A stretch of DNA of 31,657 nucleotides from a virus (taxonomy: Duplodnaviria; Caudoviricetes), in IMG/VR virus record IMGVR_UViG_3300049182_000073, positions 1 through 31,657 of that record; one strand, 5' to 3'. The notes under the pieces are model-generated. The model was given only the letters and a program-made list of their open reading frames with translations. It made no database searches and was not told the origin of the DNA. Position numbers and translations under genes: made by a program. How positions within the stretch are numbered: position 1 is the first letter of the stretch; each line of letters starts with the position of its first letter. Shown one piece after another: positions 26,074 through 31,657 of the stretch.

Positions 26074-27359
26074 TTGACCAGGTACTGAGCCGGATCGATG
26101 GGTATCTGAGCGACGCGCAGGCCTCCATGCGCGAAGCTCGGGCCTACCCTCGACCGATCTGTCGGCTTGTGGTGGACGGACGCGACATCACAGCGGCGAT
26201 CGAGGAGCGCCTGATCAGCATTGAGCTGACCGACAATCGCGGACTCACGGCGGACCAGCTCGACGTCGCGCTATCTGACCATGACGGGCGCCTGGTCATC
26301 CCACCCAAAGGCGCGACCCTGCGCCTATGGCTTGGTTGGAGCGATACAGGGCTGATCGACAAGGGGACATATACCGTCGACGAAACCGAGCACAGCGGCG
26401 CGCCGGACCAGTTGAACATCCGGGCGCGAAGCGTGGATCTGAGTGCAGGTCTGAAAGTGAAACGGGAGCGAAGCTGGCACGACGAAACAATTGAGACAGT
26501 CGTCCAGGCCATTGCCGGTGCTTACGGCCTTGGTCCGTTGGTCAGCGCGGCCTTAAGCGCGATTCAGGTAGTGCATCTGGACCAGGCGAACGAGTCAGAT
26601 GCAAACCTGCTTTCACGCCTTGGACAGGAGCATGACGCAATCGCCACGGTGAAAGCGGGCAAGCTGCTGTTCATGCCGATCGGTAACGCCTCCAGTGCCA
26701 GCGGACTGGCATTGCCACATATCACCCTTACCCGTCGTGACGGTGACCAACACCGTTTCCTGCAGGCGGATCGGGACAGCTATACGGGCGTCCGGGCGTT
26801 CTATTACGACGTCAACAGTGCTGAAAAAAAGGAAGCGATCTCCGGGGGTGGCGACAACATCAAGGATCTACGCCACTCCTACACGGACCAGAAAAGCGCG
26901 CTGGTGGCGGCCCGTGCCGAGTGGAACAAGCTGCAGCGGGGAAATGCGACGCTGAGCTATTCCCTGGCACGCGGCCGGCCAGAGCTGACGCCAGAGCTCA
27001 CCTATTCGCTGATGGGCATCAAACAAGAGATTGCGGACGTGATCTGGCTGGGCGGCAACGTGAAGCACAGCTTCACGCCGGACTCATTCACGACGAGCTT
27101 GGAGCTGGAATCGATGTTGCCGGACGGGGACGAGGTCGCTGAACTGGCGGACGAGAGCGGCGACTACACCGGAGTCATGGCGTGGTATCGAGACGAGAAA
27201 ACCGGACAACAGCAGAAGAGCAGCGAGGGTGATCAAAGCAAGCCAAAGCGCCTGACTCACCTGTACGAGAGCAAGGCGTCGGCACAACGTGCATTGGCGA
27301 GAGAGTACAAGCGGCTGCAGGCCAAGAACGGGGCGACTGACATAGGCACCCCGACATGA
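26070..27359 (+). CDS. Late control/baseplate hub protein (gpD-like) with C-terminal extension
   Basis: LTDNRGLTADQL, DQANESDANLLSRL, YTGVRA. Confidence 0.93.
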   Translation: MIDQVLSRIDGYLSDAQASMREARAYPRPICRLVVDGRDITAAIEERLISIELTDNRGLTADQLDVALSDHDGRLVIPPKGATLRLWLGWSDTGLIDKGTYTVDETEHSGAPDQLNIRARSVDLSAGLKVKRERSWHDETIETVVQAIAGAYGLGPLVSAALSAIQVVHLDQANESDANLLSRLGQEHDAIATVKAGKLLFMPIGNASSASGLALPHITLTRRDGDQHRFLQADRDSYTGVRAFYYDVNSAEKKEAISGGGDNIKDLRHSYTDQKSALVAARAEWNKLQRGNATLSYSLARGRPELTPELTYSLMGIKQEIADVIWLGGNVKHSFTPDSFTTSLELESMLPDGDEVAELADESGDYTGVMAWYRDEKTGQQQKSSEGDQSKPKRLTHLYESKASAQRALAREYKRLQAKNGATDIGTPT

Positions 27360-27372
27360 TAGGCCGGGGTGC
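27346..27372. terminator. Hairpin between convergent gpD and the small regulatory ORF
   Basis: GCACCCCG-N11-CGGGGTGC; no U tract. Confidence 0.35.
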
Positions 27373-27389
27373 GGTGATTTGGTCCGACG

Positions 27390-27563
27390 TTAATCCGTTT
27401 GGGCCATCATCTGCGCGATCCGACGGAGGTGGTTCTGATCCGTCTCCGACATTTTGCGGTACATGCTCAACAAAATGCGCTCCAGCTGCGTCAGCCGAAG
27501 ATTGGAAGGCTCCCTTTCCCGAACGTCCTGTTCAAACTGCTCCAAAGCGCCTCGATCCAACAT
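27390..27563 (-). CDS. Small (about 57 aa) protein resembling the repressor C-terminal domain
   Basis: SD AGGAGT 7 nt before ATG at 27563; LTQLERILLSMYRKMSETDQNHLRRIA. Confidence 0.7.
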   Translation of the reverse strand: MLDRGALEQFEQDVREREPSNLRLTQLERILLSMYRKMSETDQNHLRRIAQMMAQTD

Positions 27564-27667
27564 GCTCATTACTCCTAAAAGCCGCAGAGAATCGGCCAAA
27601 TCGCGATTTTCTGAAGCCCCAGGTAGGCACTCTTTCGTATGGTTGCAGTAAGTGGAATGGCGCAGGT

Positions 27668-28024
27668 TCACTGCTGCGGGGGGGTGTCCTGAGATGCTTT
27701 GGCCGCAGCCTCTGCCAAGCCGGTTGCGACTCGATGGACGACCACTTGATCAGCAGGACTCAAAGATCGAAAGCAACTGACCACCTCATTTTCGACGGTG
27801 CTATGCGTACCGGCTGTCGTGTCCCTGCGACCAAAGAGCACATACATCACGTCCACGCCAACTTTCGAAATTGCCAACAGGTAGGCCGTGTCCGGACGCT
27901 GTCGATCGTTCTCGTAATTGCCTTGGGAGTTGCGTTTCACACCGCCTATGTCGGCGAAATCGTTCTGATTGATGCCAAGTCGGTCGCGCTCTTCCCGGAG
28001 TCGCTCGCCCAAAGTTTTTTCCAA
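27668..28024 (-). CDS. XRE-family HTH prophage repressor
   Basis: LGERLREERDRLGINQNDFA...QGNYENDRQRPD...GVDVMYVLFG. Start probably TTG 28024 (GGAG upstream) or GTG 28054, not 28306. Confidence 0.88.
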   Translation of the reverse strand: MEKTLGERLREERDRLGINQNDFADIGGVKRNSQGNYENDRQRPDTAYLLAISKVGVDVMYVLFGRRDTTAGTHSTVENEVVSCFRSLSPADQVVVHRVATGLAEAAAKASQDTPPQQ

Positions 28025-28040
28025 GGAATCTCCGCTCACA

Positions 28041-28126
28041 CAAATTTTTGGCACACGCCGCTTTACACAGCCAAATTCTTGGGCATAATGATGGCACACA
28101 CAACACGATTGAACACACTTGAACAC
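28041..28126. promoter_or_regulatory. Divergent lysis/lysogeny switch region
   Basis: CAAATTTTTG (28041-28050), CAAATTCTTG (28072-28081); TTTACA-N16-CATAAT (28062-28089); direct repeats TTGAACAC at 28109 and 28119. Confidence 0.6.
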
Positions 28127-28127
28127 T

Positions 28128-28328
28128 ATGCCCGTCCTCCTTACAGCCGAGCAAGCCCGCGCAGAACTTGATCGCAACGGCATAACCATTGCCCAGTTCT
28201 GTCGCGAACACGGCTTGAACAAAAATTTGGTCAGCGATCTGTTGAACGGTCGCAAGAAGGGCGTGCGAGGCGAAGCCCGACGAGCAGCGGTGCTCCTCAG
28301 AATCAAAGACGGTGTGATCTCAAATTAA
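28128..28328 (+). CDS. Cox/Ner-like DNA-binding protein (BcepMu gp16-like)
   Basis: TAEQARAELDRNGITIAQF...VSDLLNGRKKGVRGEARRAAVLL; divergent from the repressor. Confidence 0.82.
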   Translation: MPVLLTAEQARAELDRNGITIAQFCREHGLNKNLVSDLLNGRKKGVRGEARRAAVLLRIKDGVISN

Positions 28329-28357
28329 TGGCAGTCGGCCCGGCGAGAAACCAGAAG

Positions 28358-28843
28358 ATGAAACGCACCGTTCTAGAAACCCGCAGGCAGGTCGTAAGCG
28401 CAGTGATCTGTGCGTATCCAGGTGGCCGTGACTGCGCTGCACCGCGTTTGGGTATGTCGGTAAAGAAATTCGACAACCACGCTTACGAGAACGCAGGCAG
28501 CCGGCCGCTTACCGATGAGCAGATCTGCTTACTGGAATCACAGACCGGAACCACTCACCTCCCCGACTTCGTCTGCAACCTGTACGGCGGGGTTTTCGTT
28601 CCGGTTGCTGAAGCTGGGCAACTCGACAACCTCGACCTGTATGCCCGCTCCATCAACACAGCAGTTAAGCGTGGTCTCGTCGACGCGATCATCTCCAAGG
28701 CGCTGCAAGACGGCGTCATCCAGGACGACGAGGTGCAAGCCATCCTTTCGGCGCACCGTGCACACGTAGCAGCCCGACATGAAGAGATCACTGCAGTGAT
28801 CGTTCTGCACCGGGAAAACCCGGGCAGCCAGGAACTGAAATAG
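28358..28843 (+). CDS. YmfL/CII-like phage regulatory protein
   Basis: AYPGGRDCAA, FDNHAYE, GGVFVP, DGVIQDDE; start 28358 or 28328. Confidence 0.72.
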   Translation: MKRTVLETRRQVVSAVICAYPGGRDCAAPRLGMSVKKFDNHAYENAGSRPLTDEQICLLESQTGTTHLPDFVCNLYGGVFVPVAEAGQLDNLDLYARSINTAVKRGLVDAIISKALQDGVIQDDEVQAILSAHRAHVAARHEEITAVIVLHRENPGSQELK

Positions 28844-28907
28844 GCGCTGGAAGCGTCGCCATTTCTCGGCATCAGCCGAAGGCCGCGATTAGCGGCGGGG
28901 AGAAAAA

Positions 28908-29189
28908 GTGAGCACTTACAAGCTGGTATGTCCGCACTGCCGGGAGCGAATGCGCATCCGAACCAGTGAAGGCACGCATATTTTTTTGCGTATTGCCTAC
29001 CTGCAATGCATCAACGAGGCCTGCGGTTGGTCGGTACGGGCTCAGTTCGAAATGACTCATGAAATGAGCCCCTCGGGCATGCCCAATCCATCCGTTTGTT
29101 TGCCAGTGGCGCCTGTGGCGATTCGCCGGCAAGCGATGAAAAAGGAAGGTGAGCAACAGATGGACCTACTTGGAATGGAGACAGCCTGA
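28908..29189 (+). CDS. ogr: Ogr/Delta-like zinc-finger late activator
   Basis: CPHC...IRTS...YLQCINEACGW...SPSGMPNP. Confidence 0.9.
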   Translation: MSTYKLVCPHCRERMRIRTSEGTHIFLRIAYLQCINEACGWSVRAQFEMTHEMSPSGMPNPSVCLPVAPVAIRRQAMKKEGEQQMDLLGMETA

Positions 29190-29563
29190 TGAACAACCTG
29201 ATCAGCGAGCAGAATCCCGAGCGTGAGTACCGCGCCGCCATGCAAGAAGCCGCGCTTTGTTACATGCAGCGCCACCAGGCGGAGCACCTGGGCAACGATC
29301 AGCAACTGTTTACCCGAACGGTTTCCCACCTGCAGACAACGCTGGAGGTGCCCGTTTTCCTTGCCGAGAACCTGACGGGTTTGGCATATGGACAACTTCG
29401 CGCCGGCGCTGGCCAGCGACGCCTCGATCTGAAAAGCAGCAGTGAATCGGTTGCGGTCCTTTCCGATCCTGCCAGCGGCAAATCCTTCGCCATACCCGTC
29501 GCACTGATCTTCGAACACCTGGTGGACGCCTCGGGGCTCCGACCGAAAACCCCAAACAACTGA
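29189..29563 (+). CDS. Hypothetical phage early protein
   Basis: TGATG coupling to ogr; same strand as the operon. Confidence 0.75.
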   Translation: MNNLISEQNPEREYRAAMQEAALCYMQRHQAEHLGNDQQLFTRTVSHLQTTLEVPVFLAENLTGLAYGQLRAGAGQRRLDLKSSSESVAVLSDPASGKSFAIPVALIFEHLVDASGLRPKTPNN

Positions 29564-29627
29564 CCGAATCGCTCCACCGCTTGCGTGTGGGTTTGGGTGA
29601 ATTGCGCCCGAAATCAGGGAAAAAGCC

Positions 29628-29861
29628 ATGAGCACAGCACTTTCCATCCAGATGAGCCTGAGCGAAAGCCTCGCCGAAGCCTTGCTGCAGGAGCTCCGTG
29701 AGCGCCTGCGACTGGGCATCCAGGAGCACTGGTATTCGGATCAGTTTCGCAGGGTCCCTGATGGCTTGCGCACCGGCGCGATTCTCTCGGCCTACCCCGC
29801 TCTGGCGGCTCAAAAGACAACTCTCGGCGCCCTCCAGGTCGCCATCAGAAAGCAGGCATGA
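29628..29861 (+). CDS. Hypothetical phage early protein
   Basis: AGGGA upstream; ATGA overlap with the replicase start. Confidence 0.7.
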   Translation: MSTALSIQMSLSESLAEALLQELRERLRLGIQEHWYSDQFRRVPDGLRTGAILSAYPALAAQKTTLGALQVAIRKQA

Positions 29862-31657
29862 AGATGGAAGAGAAAATCCGGGCCGACGTATTGACCCGAC
29901 TTGAATTCGACTACGGCCTGAAGCACCGGGTCGGCACTGATTTCATGCGAGGTGGCACCTGCCCGGCCTGCAACAAGAAAGAGCTGTATTCGAATTTCAA
30001 TAAGCCCTGGTTCATCAAGTGCGGCCGCGAGAGCAAATGCGGTCAGCAATGGCACGTGAAAGAGCTTTATGCCGACCTGTTTGACGATTGGAGCAAGCGT
30101 GCCCCGGCCACCGACGAGAACCCCAACGCTACAGCACGCGCATATCTCGAGTTTGCCAGGGGCTTTCGTTTCGACCTGGTGCAAGGGACGTTCACGCAGG
30201 AGCATTTCTACGATCCAGACCTTGGGATCGGCTCCGCGACCGTGCGTTTCCCCCTGCCGAACGGTACCTACTGGGAGAGGCTGATTGATAAGCCCCACCG
30301 CTTTGGAAAGAAAAAAGCTCGCTTCACAAAAGGCGGCGGTGCGAAGGGGCATTGGTGGTGCCACCCCCGTATAGACCTGTCCGACACAAAAGAAATCTGG
30401 ATCGTGGAGGGCGTTTTCGATGCCATCTCTTTGATCCACCACGACATCAATGCCGTCGCTGCAATGTCATCAAACCAGTTCCCTGAACAGTCGTTGCGAG
30501 CCCTGGCGACAGAGCGGGCCGGCGACCTGCCGAAGCTGGTCTGGGCTCTGGATAACGAGCCGGGTGCGCACCGCTACACGCGAAAATGGGTAGCTATGGC
30601 TCGGGCCATGGGCTTTACCTGTGAAGCGGCTCAGATCCCCCAGCGCGATGCACGCAAGGTGGATTGGAACGACCTCCACCAGCGGTGGACATTCATCGAT
30701 GAGCTTGACGCACGTCGCCGGCGGTTCGATGCAGATATTGGTGAAGCCAGGCACCACGGCGCGCTGCTCATTGCAGAGAGTGCGTCCGAGAAAGCAATGC
30801 TCATGTACACCTGGCGCGAACGCGAGGAGTTCCACTTCGGCTTCGATTCCCGCCTGTACTGGTGGAAGTTGGACATCAGCAAGTTCAATAACGCCATGCA
30901 GGCATTGGAGAACAGCGACAACCACGAAGAACAGTTGCTGAATGAGAAGGCACTACGTGAGAAGGCGTTGCGTATGTCCGGCTGTGTCGTCGAGATTGCC
31001 AACTGCTATCCCCAAGCCCTGTACTTCCAGCGCAACGAGATTACCGACGAGTCCTGGTACTTCTTCCGCGTCGACTTCCCGCACGACGGGGGCTCGGTGA
31101 AAAACACCTTCACCGGTGGCCAGGTCGCGGCCGCGAGCGAATTCAAAAAGCGCCTCCTCGGCATGGCCGCCGGCGCGGTGTTCACCGGCAGCGGCCAGCA
31201 GCTAGACAAGATCATGAAGGACCAGCTGTTCGCGATAAAAACGGTCCAGACGATCGACTTCGTTGGGTACAGCAAGGAATACGGCTGCTATGTGTATGGC
31301 GACCTGGCCGTGAAGGATGGTCAGGTGGTCGACGTGAATGACGAAGAGTTTTTTGAGTTCGGCAAGCTGCGCCTGAAAACGCTGCAGCGCGCGGTGCCGG
31401 TGCGGATCCAGCGCGACCCGAAGGAATACAGCGACGAATGGGCGAAACTGCTCTGGACGTGCTTCGGTGCCCAGGGCGTTGTAGCGCTGACTTTCTGGTT
31501 CGGCTCACTGTTCGCCGAGCAGATCCGCGCTCGCTACCAGTCCTTTCCCTTCCTGGAAGCCACCGGCGAGGCCGGAGCCGGTAAAACCACCCTGCTCAAC
31601 CTGCTGTGGAAGCTACTCGGTCGCGCCGGCTACGAAGGGTTCGACCCATCAAAATCC
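29858..31657 (+). CDS. Zinc-finger + TOPRIM primase + P-loop helicase replicase (partial, runs off the window; not in ORF track)
   Basis: MKMEEKIRADVL...CPACNKKE...CGRESKC, IWIVEGVFDAISL, WALDNE, Walker A GEAGAGKT near the edge; motifs share one frame spanning 600 codons. Confidence 0.92.
   Translation, partial: MKMEEKIRADVLTRLEFDYGLKHRVGTDFMRGGTCPACNKKELYSNFNKPWFIKCGRESKCGQQWHVKELYADLFDDWSKRAPATDENPNATARAYLEFARGFRFDLVQGTFTQEHFYDPDLGIGSATVRFPLPNGTYWERLIDKPHRFGKKKARFTKGGGAKGHWWCHPRIDLSDTKEIWIVEGVFDAISLIHHDINAVAAMSSNQFPEQSLRALATERAGDLPKLVWALDNEPGAHRYTRKWVAMARAMGFTCEAAQIPQRDARKVDWNDLHQRWTFIDELDARRRRFDADIGEARHHGALLIAESASEKAMLMYTWREREEFHFGFDSRLYWWKLDISKFNNAMQALENSDNHEEQLLNEKALREKALRMSGCVVEIANCYPQALYFQRNEITDESWYFFRVDFPHDGGSVKNTFTGGQVAAASEFKKRLLGMAAGAVFTGSGQQLDKIMKDQLFAIKTVQTIDFVGYSKEYGCYVYGDLAVKDGQVVDVNDEEFFEFGKLRLKTLQRAVPVRIQRDPKEYSDEWAKLLWTCFGAQGVVALTFWFGSLFAEQIRARYQSFPFLEATGEAGAGKTTLLNLLWKLLGRAGYEGFDPSKS

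Larger units (their letters stand above)
6626..31657. mobile_element. phiCTX/P2-like prophage core; continues past the right edge, left boundary unresolved (may include 1-6625)
   Basis: Complete P2-type gene order Q-P<>O-N-M-L-X-lysis-R-S-V-W-J-I-H-G-FI-FII-E-T-U-D, then switch, ogr and replicase; no disrupted structural gene seen. Confidence 0.97.

Noticed and set aside
6626-27359. Tailocin (R-pyocin) interpretation
   Set aside because: Portal, terminase, capsid and replicase genes are present.
27356-28171. 271-aa plus-strand ORF after gpD
   Set aside because: It is antisense to the repressor and its small partner and has no recognisable features.

Overview
Most of the window (6.6 kb to the right edge) is an apparently intact phiCTX/P2-like temperate myophage prophage, most likely from Pseudomonas. 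It carries portal-terminase-capsid (Q,P,O,N,M,L), X, a lysis cassette, baseplate and tail genes (R,S,V,W,J,I,H,G,FI,FII,E/E',T,U,D), a repressor/Cox-like switch, ogr, and a zinc-finger/TOPRIM/helicase replicase that runs off the right edge and is missing from the ORF track. No integrase, att or cos site is visible. Left of the portal are three accessory modules: (1) an AT-rich RloA/RloB-like (AbiL-like) ATPase + TOPRIM-like pair, a likely anti-phage system; (2) an SOS cassette, umuDC/rulAB divergent from an SRAP gene, with one LexA box; (3) a P1 immI-like module (promoter, C4 antisense RNA with both target pairs, two small coupled ORFs, BRO-N gene). Module 3 is the most unusual. An intergenic palindrome mimics the palindromic segment inside the BRO-N coding region. 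The BRO C-terminus resembles, from recall, the C-terminal domain of phiCTX-type replicases. GGTAA-rich palindromes bracket the whole module. All family assignments come from motif recognition and synteny, not database searches.
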